A stretch of 64,000 nucleotides of DNA from Geosiphon pyriformis uo1. Taxonomy: Eukaryota; Fungi; Glomeromycota. This document shows, piece after piece, positions 36,206 through 50,316 of this stretch. Below the pieces are notes generated by a model. It saw nothing but the letters and a program-made list of their open reading frames with translations. It did no database searches and had not been told where the DNA came from. Where the stretch lies: assembly GCA_016748015.1 (NCBI GenBank), contig JAAOMT010000400.1, positions 372,001-436,000 of the forward strand, in the 5' to 3' direction. The position numbers and the translations under genes are program-made. Each line of letters begins with the position of its first letter. Positions within the stretch are counted from its first letter, which is position 1.

Positions 36206-39200
36206 GCAGTTTAGTCTGGAAAGTTGCTATGTGCAATGTCAGGGGCATGAACAATCCCGCTAAGCAAGAAGACATTATTAGGTGGCATAAGGAAATGAAC
36301 AATTTGGTCTCTATCATTACTGAAACGAAATTAAAAAGTAGGATTTGTCTGTGGATTGTAGACAAATTTGATGGTGTCCGAGTGTTCTCTTCTGGTTTGG
36401 ACCCCAATCACTTGGGTGTGGGTGTTGCTGTTATCATGGATGTTTCTTTGGCTCATCATGTGTATAAGGTTTCTAAGGTGCCTAGTCGGCTCTTTTCCAT
36501 TAAATTACTTTTTAAGGGCAAACTTTCTGTGTCAATTTTGGGGCTTTATGCTGGTGCTTCTTTGGTGGTTCAGTTCTTTCAGGCTGGTGAAATCAATTCT
36601 CTCATTGCAAAGGCTGTCAACAAATTTTCTTTCATCATTTTTGGTGGCGATTTTAATGAAAACAGCTCTCATAAAAGTGCAAGTTTCAAAAGATGCTTGG
36701 ATTTGGGTCTAGTCAATTCTTTAGTTGGTAGCTCGGCTGTAAAAATGCCCACTTGGGAAAATTTTAGGGGTGTTAAAAAAACAATTGATTACATGTTTGT
36801 CTCCTCGAGTCTTGTCAATGCAATAGTGCATCGTGAAGTTTTGAATATCAGTGAGCATTTTGACATGGACCATCAAGCTGTTTTAGTGGATTTGGGTTTG
36901 GGCGGGCTTTTGGATACGCGTTTGAATTCTCTTCGCAAGCAAGCGAATAAAAACCATTGGAAGTTTGATGTCAAAAGTGCCAATGAAGCTAAGTAGTTGG
37001 AGTTCAGGGATGCCTCAGCTGCTAATATCTCTATGTTTTCGGATGCTTTTGGTGTGGCAGTAAGATTTTCAGATTTGGACGCTATGTGGGTTTTTGTTCG
37101 CAAGATTATGGTTCTTTCAGTGGGTGGTACATTTAAGAAAAGATGGTTCAAAGGTTTTGATGGTGTTTTTACCAAGACTTCTTCTAGGTTTCACAAGCTG
37201 GAGCTGCTGGTTTCTAAGTTGGTCAAGGCTTCACGTTTGGCTTCTAGTGATGGTTTTGCTTCTTTGTTGGAGGTGTGGCACAGACTCAACTCTCCTGGTG
37301 CATCGGTGATTAAGTCTCTGTTTCTTTCAGGTTCTAATTTTGATCTTATTCATTCTGCGCTGGCCAAAGCAAGAAAATCATACCGCTCTTTCAAATTAGT
37401 GGAATCCAAGCATGCTAAGGAATCCTTGATTAAGCAGGCTATTGGTAAGAGGATGGAGAGTTTTGAGCTGAACAAGAGTCACATCATTAGGAGTGTTTTG
37501 GAGCGTCCTTTTCGCAAGGTGGTCCTGGATCATTTGGTTGTAGATGATGAGTTGATTTTAGAGCCTGTTTTGGTTAAGTCTAAGGTGGACAAAATTATGG
37601 AGGGATGGACCAGAAAATGTGAGGTGGTGTCTGACTTGTCTGAGGATTGGGCTCGTCAATATTGGCCTCTGGATTATGTGTTCGATGGTGCTTTTTCTGA
37701 TGTTATGTGTTCGATTAGTTTTGATGAGTTGTCGGCTGTTGTTAAGGATCTTCCTGAGGAAAAGCGGCTGGTCTTTCTAGTATCTCCAACAAATTATGGA
37801 AACATTGCGACAAATCTGTTTTGGATATGCTTTTGGTGCTCTTGAATTTTTGTTTGGTTGGCAAGTCAATCCCTGGGCCTTGAAGAGAAGCTTGGGTTTT
37901 AATGATTCCTAAACCATATGAATAGGAAGGTGTTCTCATGAACACCCATCCTATAGCTTTAATTGAAACGGCCCACAAGATTCTCTCCAAGATCCTTTCA
38001 GATAGGATCTCTCTGGCTTGCAGCACTTTTGATGTTCTTTGTGGGGACAATTTTTCGGTTTTGAAGGGTACAACAATGCAATCTCCCATTTTTGCTATCG
38101 GTTCTGTGGTTGAGGATGCCTTGGAGAAGAACCGTGAACTTTGGCTGGTTTTACAGGACATGCGCAAGGCTTATGACTCGGTTGGTTGAGAACATCTTAG
38201 GAGGAGTCTAGTCAGGATCAAAATGTGTGACAGGTTTATTAGATTTTTTGGCAGTATTCACAATGGTTACGTCAACAGAGTGATGACTGACTTTGGCTTG
38301 ACTGGTGGATATTGTGTCCACGATGGGCTGGATTAGGGAAAAGTCTTCTCGCCTCTTCTCTAGTGTATTTTTTATGATTCACTTTTGTGCGAGGTCAAGA
38401 GACAGGATAGTGTGTATGGCTACAGATTGAATTCTCATTTCATATCCAGAACTGGCCGGGTGGATCCTCAAGCTGGGCTGTCTTCGTTTCTTGCTGCCAG
38501 CACTTTTGTTGATAATACTATTTGGGTTGGTAGCAGCCAGGCTGCTACACAACGCATCCTTGATGTTGTTAGTGAGTTTTTTAGGTTTAATGATATTTCT
38601 GTAAACAATGACAAAACAGTGGCCATACCCATCAATTGCCGGGTGCTGGATCCTCGTTTAACTATCAGTGGTGTGCCTATTTCCATTGCCAAGAAAGGGG
38701 AATCTCATCGCTATTTGGGTATTTTTTTGTCTTCTGAGAGTTTTTCGAAGCTTAGTTTGGCTAAAGCTCAGGCTGATGTATGGTTTTTTGTGAATCTTGT
38801 TTTGAGAAAGGTAATTTCGGACAAGCAGTGTGCATATTTGGTGTCTGCAGTTCTTTTCCCTATCATCAGCTACAGGACTCAGTTCAGTTTCATTTCTGTT
38901 GGTGTTTGTAATAAATGGGATGCTTTGGTACGCAAGATCTTAAAGTCCAAGTTTGAATTGTCACGTGATTTCCCTAGTAATGCACTTCATCACCCCTCTT
39001 TGTACAATTTAAAAACTTTCGAACAGATCCAAGCTGAGAGTAAATCGGCCTCCATTGTTGCTTTTGCAAATTCTACTGGTGTTTTGGGTCGCTTGTTTTC
39101 TCATAGATCTCATGACCTTCAGATTCTCAGCTGGCGTCCTCGTCATCCCTTGTTGTTTCCGGCTCGTGTTAGTGTTAGTCCCTCAGATAATTTTTTGGTG

Positions 39201-40889
39201 GGTGTGATTTGCATTTTTTCTGGGTGTGATTTGTCTTTGGGAGGCTCTCTAGCTTGCGCTTTTCATCATCGGTGTGGTACTCCTATGTCTTTGGTTCTTG
39301 GTGAATCCTGTTTTTTCAAGTGCATCTCTTTGCTCAAGCATTATGAAATTGCTTTCGTGGAACAGCTTCATGACCGTAATGGTGATGTTTTCAGTTGGGG
39401 AACCTTCAAGCATTGGAAGAGGCTGGACCCTCGTGGCCCAGTCCCTTTCTGGTTTAATTTTTCCGTTCGCTTTCTTGGTAGCGTTGTGCCTCTCTCCTCA
39501 AATTCTTCTTTGGTGGATGGTCATGCTGTGTCTGATATTCATCTTTTTTATGATTTTGGTGTAATTTGTGACACTTTGCCAACCATTGATGCTGCCTGCC
39601 TTTCTGTGTATACGGATAGATCTCTTTCTGGTCTGGGCACTGTTGACATAAAGGCAGGTGCTGCCATTTTTTTTGAGGACATTAACTTGGGTTTGGGTGT
39701 TGGAGTGTCTGGTTTGGTTTCTTCTACTCTGACAGAACTACAAGCCATAGCTTTGGCTCTGGAGTGTGTTTCTTTTTCTCATTCGATTGACTTGTTCTCA
39801 GATAGCCAGGCTGCTTTAAATGCATGTAGGTCGGAGTCTTTGCTGGTTCGTCTGGATTTCAGGAACCGCTGTTGGATCGAGTGTTGTCACATTGCCACCG
39901 TCATTCGTCAAAAGAATTTGGATGTGAATTGGGTTAAGGTGAAAGGTCATTCAGGTGTCTTAAGCAATGAGCATGCTAATACGCTTGCCAAAAGTGCTGC
40001 TCTCTTTTCTTGGTGCCTACCTTATTTAGTCAGTAAACGTTTTCTATGTGCTGGTAGTACAGCAGTTTCTGGTAACTCTAGACACTTTGTTCGTGATGTT
40101 TTCCAGTCAGTTCATTGAGCTCGTTGGGAGATTGGAGTTGGTTCTTGAGTTGTGGATGATAATTTACGTGCTGATATCAATTGGTCTAAGTTTTCTATGG
40201 TGTGGCATCCCAATTCTTACTTGGCATCTGGTTTTACCAGCATGCACATGGCAGGTTGTCATACTTACTTTATGAAGGCTCTCTATCATCAGCTTCCTGT
40301 TGCTGTGCACAAGCGTTTATATGATAGGAGATACCCCAGTGTGGTCTGTCTGTTTTGTGGTAACGTTGAGACCTCGGATCATGTCTTTTCATGTCCTCAG
40401 AATGCCGTTGGCCGTGCTCGTTTGTTGGGCGCACATGCTTCAGCTTGGGAGGCTCTTTCTGGTCTTTTTCGCTCTTCTTCATGTATCTTACAGACCTTGG
40501 CTTCTTGTGTTTCTGAGGTTGGAGTTGGTGTTGCTCTGTATAAGGGCTTTGTTTTCGATGAATGGTTTCATGAGTCTGTCTCGGTTTTTAAAGATTCTAA
40601 GGAAGGTGCTAGGAGAATTGTGAGCTTTGTGCATGAGTTTTGTCTAGCATTTCGGGATGATGTTTGGTTGGTCCAAGCCAGACACCGAGCATTTATGGAA
40701 AGGCACGGTTTGATTCCACGTGATGGCTCTGCTCTTGCTTCAGTTTCTGGTCTGCCTATGGTGTTTTCGGCTAGTGTGATCAGATTGCTGGGGGTGGCTA
40801 AGGCTTTTGAAGTTGGTTTCAGGTTTCATAAGTTTTGTCCTTTTTTTTCAGGTATTGGAGATCCAGTTTCTGTGCATATAGGTATATAG
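36202..40889 (+). pseudogene. LINE ORF2: APE endonuclease, reverse transcriptase, RNase H, C-terminal zinc finger
   Basis: CNVRG, GDFN, IDY, DH; DMRKAYDSV, SPLL, FVD(D>N), YLG; YTD.S, ELQAI, DSQAA, WVKVKGHSG..NE; CLFC...DHVFSC; several stops and a frameshift. Confidence 0.92.
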
Positions 40890-41119
40890 TGTAGTTCTGA
40901 CTGGCCTGAGTGGCTGGTCACGTGTAGAAAGCGCATGATTTGCACCTAGTTTAGATCATTTGTATGATGTATAGCACTAAGTTGCATTTAGACTTCACTC
41001 ATAAAAAATAAAAAAAAAAGCCAACTTTTTTTAAAAAAAAACATTATTTTTAATTTAAAGTTTTTTTTTTGGTTGTAAATAATAATTTTTTTATTTTAAA
41101 TAATAATAATAATAATATA

Positions 41120-43588
41120 CAGTCAAATTTAAAATAACTTATACTAAAATAACTTATAACTTGTAATAAACTATAGTATTTTGAATCTATTAATTTGATA
41201 ATTAAAGAATTTTTATGTTTATAACCTATATTTGTAATACCTAATAATTTATAACTTTTTACTATTAATATAGATTATTTCAAGTGTTAAATTTAGTTTA
41301 AATTCTGCTGATTTTGGTAAAATTGCAGTAAAACAAACCAATATTTTTATGACTAAAAATACTATATAATAATATAATATTACTTATTTAACAGAATAAT
41401 TATTAATTATGTAAATAATTAAGTCAAAGTTTTGAATTGTTCCAAGTTTTAAATTATTATCAATTGTGTAAGTAATCAAGTCAAAATTTTAAATTGTCTC
41501 AACTTTTAAATTATTACTAATCTTATGAGTAATTAAGTTATAATTTTAAATTGTTCTAAGTTTTAAATTATTATTAATTGTATAAATAATCAAGTCAAAG
41601 TTTTGAATTGTTTTAAGCTCTAAATTATTATTGATTGTATGAGTAATCAAAACAGAGTTTCGAATTGTTTTAAGTTTTAAATTATTATCAATTGTGTGAA
41701 TAATCAAGTTGAATTTTTAGATTAGCTTTATTTGATCAAAGTTTTAATTATACTTTTCTTTGTTTTTTGATTCTATTATATCTAATAGTAAAAAGCATGC
41801 TATCTTTTTAGCTTGTGTTTTACAAAGTTATAAAAATACTATACTTTATAATAAGCTTATAGTGTTTAATTAATATTATGCAAATAATAAAAACCAATTA
41901 AAAACTGCAAAACACTTTAAAAAAAATGGTTTTTCATATATAAAATAGTCTTTAATTTCAGCTTGAATCAAAAATAAATCAAATTTTTGTCTATAAGCAA
42001 ATATAATATATGACTTAACTAATAAGCATATATGTATAGTATGTAATTTTAATTTTAATAAAGCACTTGTTATTTTTGTCCAAGAGACAGAATTGTGTAG
42101 AATAATATTTATTGGAAATATAATTTGAATTGCTAGCATAAAATTCTATAATTAATTAAATATTCTAAAAAATAAGTGCCAAAAACTATCTAATGGCTGG
42201 CTTGAAAGCTTTAAAGACCATATTAGATTGTATTTATTTTATTTTTATGATAAGTATTATTAGCCAATGTTAAGCATATTGAAAATAAATAAGTGTATTA
42301 ATAATACTTTTTATTGATTAGAAGTTATGCAATATTTTTAATATAGATAAAACTGCACTATTTTATGCTATATTACCAAATTGAAGTCTTATTACAATAC
42401 TATATTATGGTATCAAACAATTAAAAGTATGACTAACACTTATTTTTACAACTATTACTAATAGAACTAAGTGTTTGTTATCACTTATTATTAATTATAC
42501 TAAACATTCATGCTGTTTTTAAAAAAAAACAAGAGAGCAACTTGGTTTCCAATATTATTTAACATTTGTGCTTAGATAACTGGTAATATTTTTTGACAAT
42601 AACTTGTTAATTAAGACTATTAACTACATAAAAAAACCAAAATATATTGTTATTAGTAAACAATTTTGCTAATTACAACTATAATATGAAATTTATTACA
42701 AATATTCATGTAGAACAGTTTGTATTTAACTTAACAGTACATATTCAGTCTATAAATATTGAAATTATTTATTGTTTTAAGACATATTATTGTTGTTATT
42801 TTTTTATATGTATTGAATTTTTTTGATAATAGTGTTGATAATATTTATATAATTAACTAACTTCAAGCAATGTGTCTAATTTATAAGGCATAAAAAAATA
42901 TTTTAAATGAAATAATTGCTTATTGTTAGCATAAAATTGGCATTTTTCTAATTAATACAAATGACAATTTTTAGAATAAAACTATAAACTTAGAAATAAT
43001 AGCTAATTATAATTAAAAAATAGTATTAAAAAAAATTAAGAATTGATACAAAAAATTCAATTATATATAGTCAAATTATATATACTTATTAATTAAAAAG
43101 TTGATAAATCTATCTGAAGAAAATAATACAATTACTTTGAAATATTTAAATAATAGTAAAATTGTAAATTATATTATAGCAAATTATAAAACAAAACATA
43201 ATAGCTCTAATAAAGAACAAAAAATACAAAAAGTAATAAGTATTAAGAATATACTAACTACTATTATAAAATTTGAACAGCTTATAAAGCTTAAAAATAA
43301 CAAAAAATTTTATGATGCAATTAATAACCTTGTTCATGTTAAATATATACTTTATAAGAGAATACAAGACAAACAAAAACAAACAACTTTTACAAGTTTT
43401 TTTTAATATTACATGAAGTATTTAAAAATTTTTATAAGTATATTCAAATAAATTTATTTTTTAATAATATTATATCTATTATTATTATATGTATACTATA
43501 TATACTTAAACCTAAGAAAATTCATAATCTGTAATAACTTATAGCAATTTGTATTTACTAAGAATATAAATTATTTCAGATTTAACTG
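41120..43588 (+). mobile_element. pogo/Tigger-like Tc1-mariner DNA transposon, heavily decayed
   Basis: ~24-bp imperfect TIRs CAGTCAAATTTAAAATAACTTATA, TA on both sides; remnants SNGWLESFK, FNID.TALFY, LT.HIQ...II.CFK..Y and a KQTT.TSFF C-terminus (~42150-43406). Confidence 0.8.
41398..41715. repeat. 57-bp tandem repeat, ~5.5 copies, inside the pogo-like element
   Basis: AAGTCAAAGTTTTGAATTG-like anchor at 41421, 41478, 41535, 41592, 41649, 41706. Confidence 0.9.
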
Positions 43589-44054
43589 TATTTAAAATAT
43601 TTGGTTAATTATTTTTAATATTTATTTTGTAAAATATTATTAAATTATTTTATTATAAATAATAAATTAATTTTTATTTTTAATAAAGTTAAATTTAAAA
43701 TAAAAAATATTATAAAAAATTAAATAAAAAAAAATAGTGCTAATTACAGTTATTATTTTGTAGTTATATTAGTATTTTTATTGTTTTATATAAATAATAA
43801 TATTTTTTTTAATATAATAAATAAAATTAACTTTAATAAAATACTTACTAAAATAAAAAATTTGTTTAAAAAAACTGATAATTTATTTGGTATTATTAAT
43901 AAACTTTAAAAATACTATAATAATTATATTCTAAAATTTTTTTTAAATCTGTTAAATTTATGCTTATTAAGTAAATTTGTGTTTATATTATGAACAAAAA
44001 CATAAATTTTTATAATATTAAAGTTATATAAATAAGTAAAATATTAATAAACAT

Positions 44055-47000
44055 TGTTATTTAAATAGAAAAACCAGACCAAAACTATTAAAAAACATAA
44101 TTATCATATAATAACATAGAAAAAACATAATAATATAAAATAATACAAAATAATGTAAAATAATACAAAACAATACAAAATAACTTAATATAATACAGGA
44201 TAATATATAATAATTTAAAATAATTTAAAATAATACAAAATAATTAATAATATCATGAGATAACTAATTATTATGTAAAAAAACAAAACAATAATAAATA
44301 ATTAAAAACAATACTATAAAAATAAAAAATAAAAAAAAATAGTTTTAACAAATAGAAAAAAAACCAAACAAAAATTAATTTTTTTATAAAATATTTCCTT
44401 TAGTATTATAATTCTCTATCTTATTTTTTTTATATTTTTGTATAATTAAATAAAAATATTATTACTTTAAAAAAAGTATATGATCTTAATACTCTAATTT
44501 TTAATATTTAATTAATTATTTTTTTTATCTTTGTTTTAGACCAAATATTATTAGCATAAATGTTTTTGAAACTTTAATAATTTGAATTAATTGTTCTTAA
44601 TTATAATAATTAACAAGATATTAATATTTATTTTACTTTTTTTTATTTTATTTATTTTATTTTATTTTATTTTATTTTTTTAGAGTAATAATATTGAAAA
44701 TCAATTGTCTAAAAATAAACTTTGTAATAGTCTGGTAAAAAAAAAAATTTTTTTTAAGTATAAATATTAATTTTATCTTGTTAGCTTATTAAAAGAGTAA
44801 AAAACAATATTAAACTTTAATAATTGTGTTTATTAGCTTAAAAAAAACATAACTATAATATTATATTTAAAGAAACAACATTTCTGTACTTTATAACAAA
44901 AAAACTTAATAGGTAAAGAAAATTTTTAGAGACTAATAACTAATTTAATCAACAAAACTAATTTATTTACACTTAACCAGCTTTCTTTATCAAATTATAA
45001 ATGCTAAATATTATAACTATATATTATAGTATTTACTTATAATATTTGGTATTTTCTGTAAAATTATAAAATTCACAAAAACAGAACACCCAAAAAATTC
45101 AAAAATAATAACTATTAGAATAATTAGAAAAAATTACTTGTTTTTTAAAAAACTATTATATCAATACTTTTAAGAAGATTTAAGAATTTCAAAAAAAATT
45201 TTTACAGTTAAAAGTAACTTTTTCTATTATATACATGCCAAAATTAATTATTATTTAAACAGAACAACAGATATAAAAAAACTTGGAAAACAAATTTACC
45301 AAAACCTATTATTGTATTCAATTTTAACCATCAAAAAAGCAATTATAAAAACTTTTCTCTTTATTAACAAAAAAATTGAGATATATACACAAAATTGTTA
45401 TTCACAATTTAAAAGAAACTATAACACAAAAACTTTTTTTGAAGAATTCAAATTAAATACAGAAAACAACACTTAGTAGCAACCTATACAAAAAATTTTT
45501 TAAACTATAGCTAATAAAAAGTTAAGATTTTTCTTATTAACAATACTATCTTATTATTAGACTTTAAAAAACTGAATCTTATTAAATTAACTAAATAATT
45601 CATAGTCAAAAACTCTAAAGACTTCTAAAAACCTTTATCTTTAGAACTAATAGAAATTTTTGAACTAAATTATTAGAAAAATATAAAACACTATTTGAAA
45701 ATTTTACTCTTATAACAAATATTATTTTTAAAAATAGCTTTACTTAAACACAATAATTATTAAAACTACTAGCTAAATTAACAATTACTTTTTTAGAAAA
45801 AATATTACTGTTCTAATTAATTACAGTTATAAATAAGAAAAAAAAACTATCATCAAGTTTAATAAAAAAAACTCAATCTATTTTTTTCAGTCTTTTTTTT
45901 TGTATTATAATAACTACTTCTTACTACTTTTATTATAACTTATAGAAATATTGCTAAATTAAAAAAATTCTCTGGTAAAGAAAAAAATGCATATACTTGA
46001 ATTGCTAAAACTAAAAAAAAAATCACAGTAAACAATTGGAATAATATTAAAACAATTAAAGTTTTATTATTTTTTTTGATTAAAATAGCAGACTCATAGT
46101 ACCAAAGTTTTAATGAAAACCTAATTGATTTTACTGTCTTTAAATATGTTTTTTACAGTATTTTTACAACTCTAATATTTTAATTTAACTACAAAATCAA
46201 TTTAGTATTATAAAACAAAAAGACTATAAAGTAATTACTAATTATTTTAACTAATTTAATCAAATTTATTAACAAATTCAAGTTATTAAATAAAACTATT
46301 ATATATTTGACCAAATTTTAAATCAATTTATTAAAAAATTAAAAAACAGCATTCTTTAGTTTATTAGATTCTACTATCTTAGAAATTTATAGAATACACT
46401 AATACTTGTCTATAACTTTATACTATTAATTTGGCCATAAATAAAATTTTCAATATTAATATAAAGCTTACCTAATTAAGTAAAAAATTAACTCAAAAAA
46501 TTGAAAAATATTTTGCAGAAAATTCAAAAATGTATTAGCTCTTATAATATTAAGAAAATAACAATATTATAAAGTACCAACAACAACAATAATACCAATA
46601 GCAATAACAACTCTAAAAACAAGATTTTCACAATTGTTACTATTGTTAAAAATTCAATTATATTGTGAAAAATTACTATAAAAAAATATTAAATTAAAAT
46701 TATAAAAACCAATATTAACAATAACCAAGATATTTACAACTATTAAAATATTATTATTCTACTTCTTAATACCAATAATCTCAATATATATTACAATTAC
46801 CACCAAATTATTACCAATTTTTTCAAATAATAATGTTATTTTAATCTTAATATTAGACTTTTTAAAACATTAATCCAAAATTTAAAGCTATTAATTATAG
46901 CTAAAAATAGAAAAATAATTTTGGAAATCAATCCTAAATACTAATAACACCAATTTAAAACATAAACTGTAAAAACTTATTATTATAAACACTATTTATT

Positions 47001-48572
47001 AAGTATTTAAATCAAGTATTATATTTTAGTCTTATTAAAACTCTGTATTTTGATAATATTGTATTTTTAAAAAGAAAAGTTATAATTAAAACCACCAATT
47101 TTTTTTCTTTTAATAATAATTAGATTACTACTAATATGATTTTTTCAACTATAATTACTAAAAATAAAACTCTAGCAGCTATATTTTTATTTAATATTAA
47201 TAATTTACATATTTTTAATTTTTTTAGTAAAGCTGCTCTTAATTAAGACAAATCTATTACAACAATATATATTAATATCAAAGTAAAATTAATGAATATT
47301 AAACTAATATTTAACAGTAAATTAGCTAACAACATAATTATAAAACAATTCATAGATCAATTAAGTTATTAAGTTGATTAAACTATTATTATTAGAATTA
47401 TTATAGTTAACAAAAACACCAAAATGCTAATTAGAGAAATTAACAATTTTTTTTAAAATTAATGAAATTATAATTTTTATCTAAGTTTTGATAATAAAAG
47501 CAACTTAATACTAAGCTCTAATTAACAATAATTAACTAATTAAAGTCTATACTATTCTTAATTAGAATATATAAAAACTCCAAATTTTATTTAATAGTTA
47601 ATACATTTAAGTTTTTATTATCTGTAAACATTTTAAAACAGCTATTATTAAATAATTTTTAATTAAATTTAAAGAACTTATAACATAGTTTATTTTAAAA
47701 ACCTATCAAATTTTTTGAACTAATGAATTTAAAACAGAATTACTGTTATTATTAACTTAAAAAAAGAAAAAAAAAAGCTAAAAAAAAATTACAAGCTTTA
47801 ATTTCTGTTTATATTTTATGAAATTAGTGTAATTAATCTAAAATTAATCTGTGTAAATTGTGGAAAAAAATTATTATTAATAAGTATATATATAAAAAAT
47901 GATAAAATATAATCTATTACTATTTAATATTACTGTTAACTCTATATATTAAAATAATTTGAATATTCAAAATAACAGAACAAATAAAACAACACACTCT
48001 GTTTTGTTTGTGGTAAAATCTTATTAGATAAAAAATTATAAAACAATATTATTAACAGAAAAAAAATATATAATAAATTATATTAATATGTTATTTTAAT
48101 TATTAATTATACTCACAAAAAAAATTTGTTTGTTACTGCTTATAGTTAAATAATCAACTGGCTAAATTTATATTCCTATAACAAAAACAAAATTTGAAAA
48201 ATAGCTATAGTAAAATAGAAAAAAACTATTATTAAAAAGATATATGCTATTAAAAATGCTTTTATAATAGTTGAAAAAATAAATAATCTGTTTATTAATA
48301 ATTTTAAAGCATTTTAAAAATATTATTAAGAGCTTGTCTTTATTTAAAAAGAACAAAATCAGAGACTTGCTAATTTCAATACTAAATTATGTAATTATTG
48401 TTTAATTTTTTGCCATTTTTAATACTGTAATAAATATAATTTTTTGTTTAATTCATTTTTATAAACACTTTATTCTATTTTTAAATTTGAGAAATTCAAA
48501 AAAAAATACTTGCTTAATACAAAAAACATTATCTTTTAAAAGCTAAATATAGTTACTGAAATTGAATAATAC
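44055..48572 (+). mobile_element. Very decayed gypsy element H (putative 5' LTR 44055-45044, PBS, gag-protease-Cys-rich remnants)
   Basis: LTR blocks ATAGTCTGGTAAAA and TAGCTTA shared with the B family; TTTGGTATTTTCTGT PBS relic at 45045; gag/pro remnants collinear with element B. Confidence 0.68.
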
Positions 48573-49446
48573 TATTACAAGATGGTTTTCTTGGTATATT
48601 TAATTGTTAATATTTTGTTTTAATTGCAATTAGTTTCTCATAAGTTTCTCAATTTTATTTGTAATAATATTGATATTTATATTAAAGGCTTTTTTTTAAT
48701 GTTATAATATAAGTTATTTCTTAATTTTTGATTGTTGTATATGTTTATATATTTTTTCTTAGAGATTAAACTGAAATTTATCCACTGTTTGGAGCCTTTT
48801 TTAAGGCTATTTTTGTAATTGCCTAATATGTTTTTCTAATATAAAAACACAGAATATTAATGCTCTTTAGCATTTTTTTTAATTTTTACAATAAAGCTTT
48901 TATCAATTAATACAACATAAGTAATTTTAATCAAAAATTATTCTTCCAAAAAATTTAACTAATGAATAATAGTTTTATTCAATAAATAATACAAGTAAGT
49001 TTCTTAATACTTTGAATTGTAATTATTTAGTTTTTAATATTCTTTTTTATTTCTTTTTAATTAAAAATTTTTGTGAATATTTATTTTAAAAGTAAAGATT
49101 AGAAAATAAATAAAGTGGAACTGTTGGATAAATTGTTTGATAACTTGTTTTAATGATTTGTTTTATGACTTGTTGTTTTTCTCAATATTAAAGCTACTAT
49201 ATATATATGTTTGTAGTTCTACAAAAAAACACATTATAATACTTTTTTTTTGGTATCTCAATCTGGTGTTTGCTATTATTACCAGTTAGTATTAACTGCT
49301 ATTATGAACTGGTACTTGCCATTATTGTAAGATAGTATTTGCCATTATGTTAATCATTATCTTTTTAAGATTATTACTATGCTATTTTATGATTAAATAA
49401 TTTATATTATTTTATAATTCTTTTGCTAAATTCTTGAATTGTAACA
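48573..49446 (-). mobile_element. Solo LTR of another family (874 bp)
   Basis: T(G>A)TTACAA...TTGTAACA termini, exact 4-bp TSD ATAC, TATA at ~49195-49210 on minus next to short U3-like repeats. Confidence 0.75.
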
Positions 49447-50316
49447 ATACTTTATCTATTCTAATTTTTTTTAAAAATTAGAACTGAAATAATACAATAA
49501 TAACAATAAAAAATATGCTTTAAAAAAGCACATAAAAATGACATTAAATTTGATTTAAAATACTTTAAATAATTTTTTATAGTTATAATAGTTATTCTCT
49601 TATAAAAATAAATCTTAAATTAGCTTTAAAAATCTTTATTAGCACAATAATTCAGATTATATTTTATTTTAATCTTGTAAACAAAAAAATTAATGTTAAA
49701 AAAAATAGTTAATATTAAATATCCTAAAAATATTATTATAATGCTTTAAAACAATTTTAATAAATTTTGTATAATAGAATTACAAAAAAAAATTGTTTAA
49801 GCCATTTTTTTATTTTTTATAAAGATTTTTTAACTGATTTTAGTAGTTATATAAAAAAAATTAGGTTTTACTATTAAAAAAATTTAAAATTTTGGGTTTA
49901 GTAAAAAAGAAAATATACAAGTTAATTATATAAAAGAAATTAATAATAAGATAGAACTTATTTATACTAATACTATTATTTTAATTTTATTATATTAATA
50001 AAGAAAAAAATATCCAAGTCTGGCCAAACAATATTATAAAAGTTATTATAGCCAATAAATAAGATGACACCAGAGTTTTTTAAACAATCTTATATTTTTT
50101 ACAGAATACTGTTGACTTGTGATATTAAAGCTTTATAAATAAACTTAATAACTTTAATGTATTTAAAACTGCATTTTTACAGTATTTTAGTGATTATAAT
50201 AGTATTAATTGTCTATTAACTGGCTTTATTATTATTAAACAAGATAATACAGAAGCAGTTACTACTTACTTAAAATGCTTCTATAAAAATTTTTATTAAA
50301 TTCAGATCATTAATGC

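Larger units (their letters stand above)
34275..41019 (+). mobile_element. Full-length non-LTR retrotransposon (LINE) with RNase H
   Basis: 5' UTR, ORF1, ORF2 (APE-RT-RNH-CCHC), ~110-nt 3' UTR and A-tail at 41003-41019; 5' boundary approximate. Confidence 0.93.

Noticed and set aside
40890-40950. Hammerhead ribozyme in the LINE 3' UTR (CTGA...GAAA)
   Set aside because: No CUGAUGA core with the required stem arrangement
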